A DNA stretch of 63,204 nt, filler included, from Vannella sp. (GCA_023345925.1; 7 parts of 7 records of this genome joined end to end with filler, not necessarily neighbours in it), one strand, 5' to 3'. Numbered from the whole stretch's first letter, positions 9,959 through 22,571 are shown. The notes: generated from the letters alone by a model not told the origin. Numbers and translations: made by a program.

Positions 9959-12900
9959 ATGTGGCACACCCTCTTTGGTAGCCACTCGAAGAAGCAGCCT
10001 CACGTTGAGGCAAAGCTGAAGCAGGAAGACGAGGAACAACAGCAACAATGGAGGCGAGACTTTGAAGAAGGCAACAAAGGCATCATTGGAAGGCTGAGAG
10101 AACAGATACGAAGTGAAAAGGCCGACCATCAACTCGCAGAACACGCCGTGGACATCTCTGTTCGCAACCTCAACTACATCTCCCCTCCTCTCGCAAAGGA
10201 GTTCAACACTCTTCCAGGCTTCATTCTGAGTAAGCTTAACATCTTTGCTCGTATCAAAGATCGGATAGCCCCCAATCCCGATGATTGTCGCGTCATTCTG
10301 AAAGACATGAACTTCGACCTCGCTGATGGAAGCATGACTCTCGTCATTGGCTCTCCTGGCTCTGGAAAGGTGAGTAACATCTATTTATAAGCTCTGCATG
10401 CCCTCTTTCTTACGGTTTTGGGGACAACATAGTCGTCCTTGTGTCGCATCCTCGCCAACCAAGACGTCGATGGTAAGGTGGAAGGCAGGCTCTTGTTTGG
10501 TGGAGAGGAGATCCAAAAAAGCGACCACTGTCATCGAGTGGCTTACGTCCGCGATCTGGACAACCATTTGGCCCATTTGACCGTCAAAGAGACCTTCGAG
10601 TTTGCTTACTCGCTGCTGACACCCAACGTCACGGCCAAGAGTAGAGATAGCCGAGTCAATACCATCATGGAGATCCTTGGTCTGTCCCATCGAGCGAACA
10701 CCATCGTGGGAGACAATCTAACTCGAGGAGTCTCTGGAGGAGAACGCCGTCGAGTCACTGTTGGCGTTGAGTTGTTGAAGAGATGCCAACTCCTTGTGAT
10801 GGACGAAGCTACCACTGGTCTCGACTCGACTACATCCCTCCAGATCTTCCGTGCCCTTCGGATCATTGCAGATGCGATGGCCCCAGTGTTCGTCACTCTG
10901 AAGCAACCAGGCCGTGAACTGTATGGGCTCTTTGATAACGTGATTGTGATGCATGAAGGGCAAATCGCTTACTATGGACCATGTGACGCAATGATGGATC
11001 ACTTCGAAGCAGCTGGCTTCTCCGTCAATCGTGACATCAACCCTGCTGACGAAGCGCTCTCTGTTGTTGATGAGCACGGTGATGAGCTGGTCAAGATCTT
11101 CGAGGAGAAGCTTCGTGCTGAGAACGCAGCAGCGCAGGACAACTACCACTCCGTTCGAGAGAGCTTTGCTGCCGATGCTCCTCGTCCTCAGCGGTTGGAG
11201 TCTCCCACCGCCCAACTTCACTATCGCACTTATAACCGATCTTGGTTGATGCAATTCCTTTGGGGAGTGAAACGAGGCTTCCAACTCATCAAGAATGAGC
11301 CGGGAGTGCCCATTTCTCGTGTCTTCCTTGCCATTACCAAGTCTATCATCATCGGAACCATGTTTTTGCGGCTAGGGAACGACCAAATCGATATTATCAA
11401 CATTCAAGGCGCGCTCTTCCTGATTTCGACTTTCCCTGCCTTCCAAGCACTGGCAGGTCTTCCCACTGTGTTCACAACGCGTCCTGTGTTCTACTACCAA
11501 CGCAAGAACCGCTATTTTCATCCATTCCCGATGATGCTTGCTGACTTTGCGACGAGTATTCCCGTGGCCATCACGGAAAGTTTCGCCTTTGCCACAATTG
11601 CTTATTGGCTTGTTGGCCTGAACTCAGGTCCACTTCGCTACTTTAATATGGTTCTTCAGGTCATATCATTGGAGGTCCTTTTCACTATTGTGGTTAAGAT
11701 TGTTGGATTCATCATTCCCACTTTCCTCATAGCCAACATCATTGTTCCCCAAGCCCTCTTCATGCTCAACTTTTTCACTGGCTATGTCATTCGCCAAGAT
11801 CGGGCGCCATCCTTCTTTCAATGGCTTTTCTGGGTCACTCCTTTCAGGTACCTTCTGGAAGGAATCACAGTGAATCAGTTTGTGGATACTCGCTTCCGTT
11901 GCAAGAAGAATCAACTCGTTCCACCGTCTGATGATCCCCTACTGAATTTGCCTTTCTCTCTTGGTGGATACGAAGGTCAGCGAGCGTGTCCCATTACCCA
12001 CGGTTATCAGGTTCTGGATAACATTGGATATCAAACAGACATCGGATACGCTTGGTATTACTTCCTCGTCATGCAGGGCTTTATTCTTGGTGCCTTCGTC
12101 TTGATGGTTGTCGTTTCTTTCTTTAGTTTTAAGAAAGCAGCTCCTCGGGATCTCAGCCACATTCAAGAGCAACATGATATCCAAAATCTCAAAGCACAAG
12201 CTTTCAAACAAGGAGTGCGCCAAATGTCAAATTATGCATTGGCTCCACTTTCTCGATCCTCTTCTAATCGTCGGTTGAGTGAACCGTCCCTGGAGCTTTC
12301 TGAAAGTGAAAGCAGCAACATGTCCCATCACACCATCATGGACGCCTTTGAAGCCCACGAAGGAGGGAGGAGGCTTCAAACTAATGTGCCTGTGATCCTT
12401 GAATGGAAGGAAATGTCTTACACCGTCAAAGTGGCACCCCCTAAAGGAATCATGGCAAAGTTGGGAAACCTTCCAATTCTCTCACTATGCATCCAGAAAG
12501 ACCTGAAACTATTGAACAAGGTATCAGGCTTTGTTACCCCTGGAATGCTGATCGCATTCATGGGTCCTAGCGGAGCTGGAAAGACTACCTTATTGGATGT
12601 GCTGGCTCTTCGCAAGACAGCTGGCAAATTTGATGGTTCAATTATGATCAACGGAGCACCAATGGATCCTGAAACTCTCTCTCGTTTTGCTGGTTATGTA
12701 GAACAGCAAAACATCCATGTTGAGACCGAAACGGTTGAAGAAGCCTTAATGCTGAGTGCCAGTCTTCGCTTGAGTTATCCCAAACAGCTTATTGAGAAGA
12801 ACGGTACAAGGAGTATCTCTCGAGCTGAGAAACTAGATCACATCCTCTGGGTTATGGATGTTCTCTCACTTACACCTCTTCGTGATGCAATGATCAAGGA

Positions 12901-14392
12901 GCTCTCTCTTGAGCAAAAGAAACGCATCACTATTGGGGTTGAGTTGGCCGCAAACCCTTCCTTGCTTTTCTTGGACGAACCAACCAGTGGACTGGATTCT
13001 ATGGCCGCTCTTTGTGTAATGAGGGCAGTTAAGAGGATTGCTGACACAGGCGTTTCTGTAGTTTGCACTTTGCATCAACCCTCTGAATTGCTCTTCAGTT
13101 GGTGCACTCATCTTCTCCTCCTTAGCCCAGGAGGAAACGTGGCTTTCTTTGGAGAGAGCAGTGGATCAAATATTGAGGCGAAGAAGCATTTCTCTCAGTT
13201 CCACATTTCTCCTCCAGAGAATCAAAGCGATGCTGATTTCTTCTTGGACTGTTGTTCTTCTAAAGGAACCAACGATAATGGAGAGACTCCACCTCAAGCT
13301 TACTTGAGCTCTGAGGTTTACAAAGGTCTTGAAGCCAAGTTGGAGCGTGGAATCGTTCCTAGAGTGAAGGTGAAGAAGCCATTCCGATGTCTCCGACTTA
13401 TCCCTTGCATCACCTTTGGTCCGAAGTACGAGATCGTGGAAGATGAGGACTCGGCTAAGTATGCAATGCCACCTCGACCACCAGAGTATGAATCTTACTA
13501 CGCCCGTTCATTCTTCCCTCAATGGATTTACATTCTCACCCGCAATGCGAGATTCTGGTGGCGTTCTCCGGTACCGCTTATTATCATGCTGGTCACTTCA
13601 GTCATATTTGGAGTTGTACTTGGCCTTCTTTTCCTTCGGATGGATGACAGCCAAAAAGGGGCGATTGAGCATCTCAACATCTTCTTTTTCTTGACTTCCA
13701 TCCTAACCACAAATGTGATGACATTTATTCCCCAGTTGTTCGCCGAGCGTCCCACATTTTACCGCGAGACTTCCTCTTTATCGTACTCTGCTTGGGTCTA
13801 CCTTGTTGCAATGATCTTTGTGACTTCAACTCTTGTCTTGTTCAACGCCTTATTGGTTGGTATTCCCTTGTGGGCAATCTCTGGCCTTGCTACTACTTGG
13901 TACCAAATTGGGTACATGTGGGGAATTTGCGTGTGCATGTCAATGGTATCTTATGGATTTGCACTCTTCTTGAGCTGTATCTCTCCATTCCCTGAATTGG
14001 CGAACAACATATTCACTATCATTAATATTCTAAGCACAATGGCTAGTGGCTTCCTGATTGTATGGGACCGCATTCCTCCTTGGTGGATTTGGGTGTATTG
14101 GACTGGATACCAACACTATGGCCTGGAGGGATTCTACCTGAACCAATTGAAGTCCCAAAAGTTCTATTGTCACGGTAACCGTGATGCTGTTTCTGTACCA
14201 GTTCCTTCAGAAACCGACCCAAATCGGAGACAGTGGTATTGCCAATTCCGCAGTGGAGGGGACGTCTTGGACCTTTATTCCCAACATGAGAGCCTAATTC
14301 TTTTGGATATCATTGTCATGGTCATTTTCATCTTCGGACTCTTTGGTCTCTCCATTCTTGCTATCTCTAAAATCAGGCATATTAAACGCTAA
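9959..14392 (+). CDS. Full-size ABCG/PDR-type ABC transporter (NBD-TMD)2
   Basis: Walker A GSPGSGK|SS across intron 10370-10432, VSGGERRRV, MDEATTGLDS, second NBD GPSGAGKTT, LSLEQKKRITIGVEL and LDEPTSGLDS, plus two TM blocks. Confidence 0.95.
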
Positions 14393-14740
14393 CTTTTTCC
14401 ACCATGTTTGCAGGAAGCATGCTTACAAAATCTGATTAGATTATGTGAGACAATTCACCGTGGCGCATCCTTTTGCGTTCGGACGCCCTCTGTGTTGGGG
14501 CCAGAATAGGATATCCTACCCTATTTCCTACAGCCCCCTTGGGGCTCTAGCGATCCAATAATGACGTCATAATATGTGGGTATGGAATTGTGTTATAATT
14601 TGTTATAATTAGTGTTGCGTATTGCTCGGAGTAACTCCGGAGTCGTGAGTTTTAAGTGTCCCCCAAGACCCCAATAGGCTGGATAATCAAAGGAAACCAA
14701 ATCCTTCTGCAAGAAAGCAGAGCATCTCTAAAGTGTTGAA

Positions 14741-15099
14741 CTATTTGCCGCCAAGAAGAAGATGAGAGTAGCCATTTATTTGAGTGCGGAGGTTGGAAGT
14801 GACTTGGGGCGTGATGGTTCTCATGATGGTGAGGGGCAAAGGGCAATGTGCATTTTGGGAGAACTCAAGAGCGCACTGTCGAGCAAAGGCGCAGGCGTAA
14901 GGCCCGCAATCCCAGGAATTGGTTTGTGAAGAGAAATCCTGAACTGCCTCTGGCACTGATGACAAGGTGAGGAACTGGAAGAAACGATTTTGTTCTCCCA
15001 GTCAAGAGCCTTTGCCACAATACTGGCAACTCTGCCGTTTGAATCGAAATGCAGAAAGCCTTGCTCAGGTACCCAGGATGCTCCTATCTTCTTTGTCAA
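14741..15099 (-). pseudogene. Fragment of a Ulp1/SENP (C48) cysteine protease, frameshifted and 5'-truncated
   Basis: GFLHFDS lies in one frame and SQTNSWDCGPYACAFA (the QxNxxDCG catalytic Cys motif) in another. No upstream HW motif is visible before the AT-rich block starts. Confidence 0.55.
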
Positions 15100-15109
15100 C
15101 TCCTCCCTG

Positions 15110-15677
15110 AATAATAAATGTAAACCTGTTTTGACGGGGTTTTTCGAGAGTAAAGAAAATGGAATAAAAAGTTCAATTTTTGAGAGAAAAAAATACTAAA
15201 AGTTTATTTTAGTATTTTCATCAAATTTATTAATTAGTTTCTTTTTAAGTCCTTTTTATAATTCAATTAAAATTATAAATTATATGTTGAACATATGGTT
15301 TACATGTATATCTTCAAAATTGTTTAAAGTAAAGTCTGTATATACTTGGTTTTGGAAATTTGGATCCTGAACATTTACTGTAAATGTTCCTTCATTTTGA
15401 TTATATGTAATCATTAAATTACTTCTGACAGAATCAATATCTCGGCGCCCATGAAAATCTATTAAAAAAATCTTGAAAATTCATTATTTTCTTGCATAAA
15501 TAAAAATGATGGATTTCTATTTCTATTTCTGAAAGTACCTAAAATTGGTCTGCTTAAATTCAAAACGCATAATTCTATGATTTAAATGATAATGTATTCT
15601 TGCACTAAAAATTATAGGTCCATACGTTCTAAATCCAATGTCATCGAAAGCAATTGGTACAAAAACACCATGACTAT
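15110..15677. other. AT-rich block of foreign composition with degraded minus-strand ORFs
   Basis: Only 10 of 60 bases are G/C at 15241-15300. Minus-strand reading frames lie at 15523-15675 and 15280-15497, the latter with a frameshift at a T7 run. Confidence 0.6.
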
Positions 15678-15777
15678 NNNNNNNNNNNNNNNNNNNNNNN
15701 NNNNNNNNNNNNNNNNNNNNNTTAATTAATTAANNNNNNNNNNNNNNNNNNNNNNNNNNNNNNNNNNNNNNNNNNNN
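15678..15777. other. Artificial contig linker (six-frame stop spacer)
   Basis: N44-TTAATTAATTAA-N44. Confidence 0.99.
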
Positions 15778-15990
15778 CATCTTTCGCATCGGTCCCAGTT
15801 GAATTTAGAAGCACTTTTCAACAGAGGCCAGCGGACGTGGTTGAGTGGAGCTGTGAATTCTTTCAGATTTCGTTTTTTTCACTTTTTGGCTGCTTACCGA
15901 CAGCCCGCTGCTTACTTAAGGTTTTACTGAATCATAAAGTGAGGCGTAAACTTTTGAATTGATTGGGAACATTCTCGTGTTTGCGGTCGG

Positions 15991-17802
15991 ATGACGGGAT
16001 CAGAGCCTCGCGCGATCGACAGGGAGGTCTCTCCAAGAGACTTGGAAGGAAGTTCAAGTGACTTCCTGCTCAGCAAGTCTCCAAGCGGGGCGGTGACCAT
16101 GGTCAAAGCCAAAGATCTGCAGCGAGACCAAACAAGCTCGGTTGGTGAAGCAGAGGAGCTCATCCGCCTCGCTATGTCAGCTTGGCGGAAGACTAAAGAG
16201 GAAGCAGAAGCTCCGTTATCAAAAGCGTCTGTCTCTTCCCCTCTCCTACGCCGACAACGCCGTTCCGGTAATCCCACCAAGGGCGGCACTTTGCGAAGCA
16301 AGGGAAAGTCCAAGACCTCTCCCATTGAAGCCAGCTCTTCCATTGAAGATCGTGATGAGGTCTCTGGAGACCTCTCGCAAGAGGAGAACCAACCTCCCGA
16401 TGAAGAAGTGGCTTCTCCTTCGAAGCCGCGCTCTGGTGTCCGGAGACTCTCTCAGAAGTTCAATAGAAAGAGTATGCTCGACAATATCCCTTCTGAACAG
16501 AAGCGCGCCGTTACTGTCTCGCCTCCTCAAGCAAATCCCATTCTGGAGGAGAAGGCCAAGAGCAGTATCCCTTCCCGTCTGGCCTTCCGCCGCCAAGAGT
16601 CCGAGATGATGTTAGAACAAGTCAATCAGAGGCTCCAAAGTGAAGGAAAGAAGGGCGTTAACATGAAGGAGCGAAACTGGCTTCTTCAAAACATGGACGC
16701 CAGCTTGGCTCCCTCTTCTTCCCCCGCCGCTGATAAGAGGAAGAAGAAGTCACGTTCCAGTAAACCCCGGGCAACCAGTCAGATGGACCAGAAGCTCGAA
16801 CTAATGGAGCTGAGCTTGGCAGAACTCAACCGAAAGTATCTTTCCATGGTTGCTGAGCGTGACGAACTTCAAGCCACTCTTGCAGCCACCGAGGAAGCCA
16901 AGAGTGTCCTGCAAGAGCAGAATAGCGCACTGAAACAAAAGGGAAGGGCGCTCAAGATTAAGCTGGAATCGTTCCAGATGACTTCTGAGGAACGTGACAA
17001 GTCCATTGAACAAATGGAACACAAAATGTTGTCTAAATTAACGAAAGCGGGGCAGCGTGAGACCAAACTGGCTGCGCAACTGAAAGCCTCTCTCACTTCC
17101 GCGTCAAAGCTAGAAACCCAAGTGCGCCAGCTTCGTGGTGAGAAGACTAACTTGCAGTGCGACCGCAATGATGCCATTAAAGCGCTCGAGTCAGCGAACA
17201 ACACAATCGTCAAGCTCCAGCAGAATAATTCTTACCTCTCGTCTGAGCTGGACTTGTTGCGTTCGACAAAGGTTAACTTGCAAGAGAAGGTCTCAGAAGA
17301 GCAAAAAGACCTGGCGGAAGCATATGAGTATATTTCTCTGTTAGAGGACTCGGACATTCAACTCCGAACTGCTGTAGCTTTAGTGAATAAGCAAAATAAG
17401 GCTCTAGCGGGAATCAACCACAATCTGAAACAGCAGCTTGGCGAGGCCAATGCAGTGCTGGCTATGCAAAAATTCTATGAAGACATGGATGACGATGATG
17501 AAGAGGGCCACACTGAACTTAGTTCTTCAGCATGGGACCAGCCAGATCCTCCCGATCCCAAAACTCCTCGATCCATTCCTATGGCCCCGGAACTCCCAAA
17601 TCAACTGGAGATGAACATTCTCTCTACTATTCCCAACCATGTTGCTCTTCGCAGAAAGAACCGCGCAGAGGCCTTGGAGGCTGAAAGGGGCACAGTGTCT
17701 ATGGAGATGGCAGACATCTTTGCGAAAGCACTCGAGATGCGGCGAACGCACATTAAAGAAACAGGTGACGAAGAAGATGACGAAGATGATGACTGGGACT
17801 AA
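15991..17802 (+). CDS. Coiled-coil protein with C-terminal WH2-C-A (VCA) tail
   Basis: Ser/basic disordered N-terminus and a long heptad region. These are followed by ILSTIPNHVALRRK (WH2-like), MADIFAKALEMRRTHI (C helix) and DEEDDEDDDWD (acidic with Trp). Confidence 0.7.
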   Translation: MTGSEPRAIDREVSPRDLEGSSSDFLLSKSPSGAVTMVKAKDLQRDQTSSVGEAEELIRLAMSAWRKTKEEAEAPLSKASVSSPLLRRQRRSGNPTKGGTLRSKGKSKTSPIEASSSIEDRDEVSGDLSQEENQPPDEEVASPSKPRSGVRRLSQKFNRKSMLDNIPSEQKRAVTVSPPQANPILEEKAKSSIPSRLAFRRQESEMMLEQVNQRLQSEGKKGVNMKERNWLLQNMDASLAPSSSPAADKRKKKSRSSKPRATSQMDQKLELMELSLAELNRKYLSMVAERDELQATLAATEEAKSVLQEQNSALKQKGRALKIKLESFQMTSEERDKSIEQMEHKMLSKLTKAGQRETKLAAQLKASLTSASKLETQVRQLRGEKTNLQCDRNDAIKALESANNTIVKLQQNNSYLSSELDLLRSTKVNLQEKVSEEQKDLAEAYEYISLLEDSDIQLRTAVALVNKQNKALAGINHNLKQQLGEANAVLAMQKFYEDMDDDDEEGHTELSSSAWDQPDPPDPKTPRSIPMAPELPNQLEMNILSTIPNHVALRRKNRAEALEAERGTVSMEMADIFAKALEMRRTHIKETGDEEDDEDDDWD

Positions 17803-18017
17803 GACTCTCAAGTCTCAAGACATTGATATAAATGTAATACCTACTAACGAGGATAACGAGGTTCTAGTCTTGAGAGTTCTCTTATGCAATAGTGGGTGCC
17901 TGAAGATCTTCCAGCTCTATCACCATTTACTCTGAGAATGATTTATGCATATTGAGATAAAGTAGAATTCAAAGCACTCATGACTTGGAGAAGTCCGAGT
18001 GAAGGCCAAATAGCTCT

Positions 18018-19513
18018 CTACTCAATGAGGAGAGATTCGATTATTTCCTGTAGAACAAATGAACAACGAGAGAGTCAAATCAATCCGTTCATCTCACTGA
18101 AATAGAAGTCGTCCATTCGAGGAACAGTTTGGAGGACTCAACACTGAAGACACAATCTTTTGCAGCTGCTGTAGAAATGATGAAGGTCTTCTCCTTCTCT
18201 TTCAGAGACAAGGAAGCGCCCATCAACTCCACAAATCCTTCAGCCCTTTGTGATTTTTCACCCTGCACAGTGGAATGAGGGAAAGAGAGACAATCATCCC
18301 CAGTGCGAGTTACCTCAACCTCCAGATAGTAAAAAAGCAAGCTCTCTGTGAGGATGCAGAATCTCTTGTTGAATTTCCTAACAAATCCGCCTTGCTTCTT
18401 CAACCATCCACTCTTCTTGGCTTGAGGTAAAAGATTGCTGCAAGACTAGATCAAGTACTATTAGATCTGGAAAGGAGAAAAGCTGTCGTCGAACCATATC
18501 AGAGAACGCAGCAATCATTGGAGTGCCAATGTTCAACGGAGGAGGATTGGAAAGATCAACACCTTCCAACATGGCCCTTCCTTCAATCCACTTCTCCAAG
18601 TCAAACTGGATGGTCCCTCCCAGATCGGTCGTCAAATTTTGAGTTCCAAACTTCTTCAGAATAAGCTCCGTATCAGAGCATATAAACACCTGCGAAGCAT
18701 AAGTTAGATCTCGTGTGATTACCACCCTTTTGCCTTCTCGTACTCGATTCAAGATATCGGCAGAGAGCCAAGGCTTGACGATTTTGAAGAACGCTAAATA
18801 GTACCAGGGTGCGTTCACTCCATAAAGCTCTCCCACTTGACCAGGATAATGAGTCTGTGGCCGCCAAGTCACTTTCAGAAAGCAAGATTCCAGAAACAGG
18901 TTACCTGGAGCATTTCCACCAGATATTTGATCATCCGAGGGTCCGCATTCTTCTTGGAGAATCCAGCCAAGTTGCTGATGATCGTCACCTCCTTGCATCC
19001 CAGGGGACTATTCGAGACATTAACAATGATTCATCTCCTCTGAGGAGTCGCCCTACTCGTTGATGGTTGTCTCAAGCATGTAGACGGCAACCTTGAGTGT
19101 CTCCAAGAAGTCAACGGATGTATCATGCTTGCAGGAGTTGTATATGATGATGGGACGGCCCTGAGAGTCCCTCGACCCCGGAAAGTGGAACTTCCGGACG
19201 GGTTTAACGATGGATCCACCGCTGGAGAGCGCACTAACCTTGCCAGTTCGTAGTTGGTCCTGTACGTGAGCCACTGAAAGATGTTCGATGTCCATTTGCC
19301 GTTTCCATTCCTCCCGAAGCGTCAGCTTTGCATCTATCCCCTCATCTCGCCGCTTCCACCCACCTCATTGGCCTTCAGCATGAGCGCAGCCTTGCGCACA
19401 TCCCCGCTACACTGTATCAAGAAACGAGAAGCGTCTTCTCGCTCCACACTGAGAGGGAGAAGCAGCTCCACGAGGGAGTCCACAAGGAGCCCCTCCTCTT
19501 TCCCCCGCGACAT
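18018..19513 (-). CDS. CRAL-TRIO (Sec14-like) lipid-binding protein with C-terminal PH domain, multi-exon
   Basis: After splicing it reads ANE|EWKRQMDI, TGK|FHFPGSRDSQGRPIII, HYPGQVGELYGVNAPWYY..IVKPWL, LTTDLGG and the PH motif GWLKKQGGFVRKFNKRFCIL. Introns include 19311-19363 and 19191-19238. Confidence 0.8.
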
Positions 19514-19582
19514 GCAAATGATTCCAAACGGCCCAAATCAAGCTCGTTTGCGAGGATAAGAGTGTTTAGCAAAGTCAGACCC

Positions 19583-21075
19583 CTAATGGGGTGCGGGAGG
19601 GTACATTTGGGAGCTGTACATGGATGAAGGGGGGCTGTACATGCTCATGTTGGGCGAGGAGCTGCTGAACTGTTGTGGGGAGGCTAGCTGTTGCATATAC
19701 TGCTGTGCAGGGGCCTGCATGTACTGTTGGGGAGGAGCTTGTGGCTGGCCAGTGTATTGTTGCGCGGATGGTTGCTGCTGGATTCTTAGCTGCTGTTGTT
19801 GCTGTTGTTGCTGTTGTTGCATGTACTGCTGCATTTGCTGCTGTTGCTGTGGGCTGGTGTAGAATGGTGCTTGTCCCTGCTGGGGCTTCGGCTTCGCGCC
19901 AAAGATCTTGGCAAAGAAGCCGGGTTCCTCATTCGGAACTCCAGGTGCTTGCTGGGGTGTTCGAGCAACCATCTGTTGCTGTTGGGGGACACTTTGCTCA
20001 ACAAAGTGAGAGTTGGCATGCTCCATGAGCGCGTTTCCCACTGGGAAGGAGAGACCGCACACTGGACATTCCTCCTTTTGCTGATTAGAGTCTGATGGTT
20101 GAGCCACCGAAGAGAACGATTGACCTGGTGCTCCGTACGATGGCTGTTGGTACTGTCCTACTGGCTGAAGGGCCTGTGTGTTGCTGGGAGACTGGAACGC
20201 TCGTTGCTGCTCTGCCTTCTTTCGCTGATCCTCCTGCTCTCGGTCAAACTCATCCTGTAGCATCTTGGCGATCGCCTCATCTGCATTCAGCTGGTTTGAG
20301 GCCAATGGTGCCGAGGCTCCACTGACAGAGAGCGTGGGAGATTGGTACTTGGGAGGAGCGAATGGATTGGAGTAAGGCTCCCTCTCTAAAGAAGAAGAGG
20401 GAGGAGATAGAGCAGGGTAAGAAGGAGCAGACAATTGAGAAGAAGATAAAGCGCCAGTGACGGAAGCCCGCGTCTCTTGCACTTGGGCTTTCATGGCGTC
20501 CAGCCTCCTGGAGAGGTTGTCCGTGTTCTGTTCTTGTTTGGAACTAGCTTGATGAAAGTCCAAGGTCAGCTTACGAAGTTGGTTCTCCATTGCTTGCAGC
20601 TTGCTGTCCACGGTCCTCATGAAGTTGGTCATCTGCTTTGGAGTGAGAACGAGATTGAGGAGAAGGCTTCACGTACTGATTCCAGAAGCTCTACAGGAAT
20701 AGCAGGTTCGGTTGGTTGAGTCATGGGTGCCTTGTTAGAAAGAGGAGCGCTCTGGCGGAAGCTTGCTTCCTCTTCTTCGCGTCTCTTCTTTTGCTCCTCC
20801 TGGAGGAGCTTCAGGCTGGCTTGCTGGTTCCTTACAAACTCCATTTGGTTTTGAACAGAAGTTGCCTCTGGCTTGGTCTCCGCAGGAGGATTGGGCCTGA
20901 AGTAGTCATAGGAAGGGCTTGGTGCGGCGGTCCCCCCATAATTTGAGAAGGAGGAAGAGAAGGACCCTTCAGCCGGTCCCTTCAATGGAGAGGGCTCTGG
21001 AGAAAGTGAAGAGAAGTCAATGCTCCTTGATGGCGGGTCATTGGAAAGCGCGCTAAAGTCAAAGGGAGCGCTCAT
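19583..21075 (-). CDS. Coiled-coil, UIM-like and UBZ-type zinc finger protein with Q/P-rich tail
   Basis: Intron 20633-20676 joins two ORFs. Motifs are ADEAIAKMLQDEF (UIM/MIU-like), CPVCGLSFPVGNALMEHANSHF (C2H2 UBZ-like) and poly-Q. Confidence 0.65.
19775..19850 (-). repeat. CAG/CAA-rich poly-glutamine coding tract
   Basis: TGC/TGT repeats on the plus strand encode QQQQQMQQYMQQQQQQQQQQ on the minus strand. Confidence 0.85.
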
Positions 21076-21267
21076 GGTTGGTGCACGGGGAAATGCTCGC
21101 TTACACCAACCAAAATGGCCCAAACCCCGATTTCCGAGAAAAGGCTTTTGGAAAATTCTTTTCCGATTCGCACCAATTCAGTTGAAAAAGAAATGAAGTT
21201 TCTGGGCGATCTCGTAAGTGACATTTAACAGGGAGGGGATTGGCTTGAATAGATTGGATGGCTATCT

Positions 21268-22571
21268 CTACAATAGAAGGTACCACAAAAGGCCAGTTCC
21301 GGATGCAATGACCGCTCCGTAACGGAGCCTCCATGCCAGGTGAAGGGATGTTCCCACACAAGAAGCAGCAGGGAGAATGAACCGACTTTGTCGTTTCCAA
21401 GTGTCCAAAAGCTCTCGATAAGGCACAATCTCCCCCGCAATGGCGCCAAAGCTTTTGTCATTCCAGACAGGTCCAATCAATCCAATCTTCTGTCCAAATT
21501 GAGTGAGAATCGTTGAGACCACTCGGGCGATCTTCTCGGCCGGAACAGTGGTATTCGAACTGATGACTAGATACTCAGCGTAGGATGTAAGGGCTGAGAT
21601 ATCGGAGTATCTTTTCTTGTTGAAGAGTTCACAAAGGTGATCCTGAAGGAGGGCGTCCGAAGCTACCTCATCCAAGCACTGGGCAAATACGAGAGTGTCT
21701 TCCAGTGCGCAATTGACCCCTTCACCTGTGGCAGGGTACACGGAGTGGGCTGCATCTCCAAGGAATAGAGCCCATTCGCCAATGTTAAGGTGAGGGACAG
21801 TAACCACACTTCCCGAGAAAGTTCTGCGAGCGAAATACCTCTCGTACTCCTCATCAGGTATCATTCCTGCTGCCAAAGGGGCGTTCTCTACCACAAACTG
21901 TTTCAGTTTAGCCATGTTCTCCTTGGAAGGAACATCACTACTCAGAACGTCGTGATACGGACTACTTGGAGTGTCACGAATAGCTACAACCCACTTCTTC
22001 CTCTCCGCATTGACCACAGCGACATAGATACCAGAGGAAAAGATGAAATGTTCGCGAGGACACAACGTGGTGGACTCTTCTCCCTCTCGACTGAACAGAA
22101 GGCGGAATCCACATTGCCAAGAGACCTTTTGAACAACAAAGTCCGAGTCATATCTTTCGTATTGCTGTCGGAGACGACTCCAAACACCATCAGACGCGAT
22201 AATCCGACTTGCAGATCCGTCAACGGTGACCTGGCCGCTTGACTGATCGGGGACCGCGAATGTGAGTTGCTTTGTTTCAAAGTCCACGGAGACGAGTTTG
22301 TGGGTGAAGTGGAAGGTGATCTGACCCCTATGCTTAGCTTCAGCTTCCAGGAATAAGCAGTAAGTAACCCCACCGCGGGTGGCACCGACTGTGGTCCCGG
22401 AGGCAAACCGAGCAACACGTCGGGTCCCAGCATAGATGTTCCAAGCGTCGATAGGAGTCTCAAGAGTGACTCGTTCTCGAAGGCCTCCAGTCTCATCAAG
22501 CCTATCCAGAGCCGCCATACCACGAGGGTTCAAGCCGATAGGGTAAGAGTCCTCGTCGTTCTGCTCCAAAG
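21268..22571 (-). CDS. FAD-dependent monooxygenase, kynurenine 3-monooxygenase-like (5' end cut by contig end)
   Basis: SYPIGLNPRGMAAL, IASDGVWSRLR and LGDAAHSVYPATGEGVNCALED, plus a hydrophobic C-terminal anchor. Confidence 0.75.

Noticed and set aside
19620..19862. Cys-rich 80-aa ORF resembling a metallothionein
   Set aside because: It is the antisense reading of the CAG/CAA poly-Q tract of the minus-strand gene.
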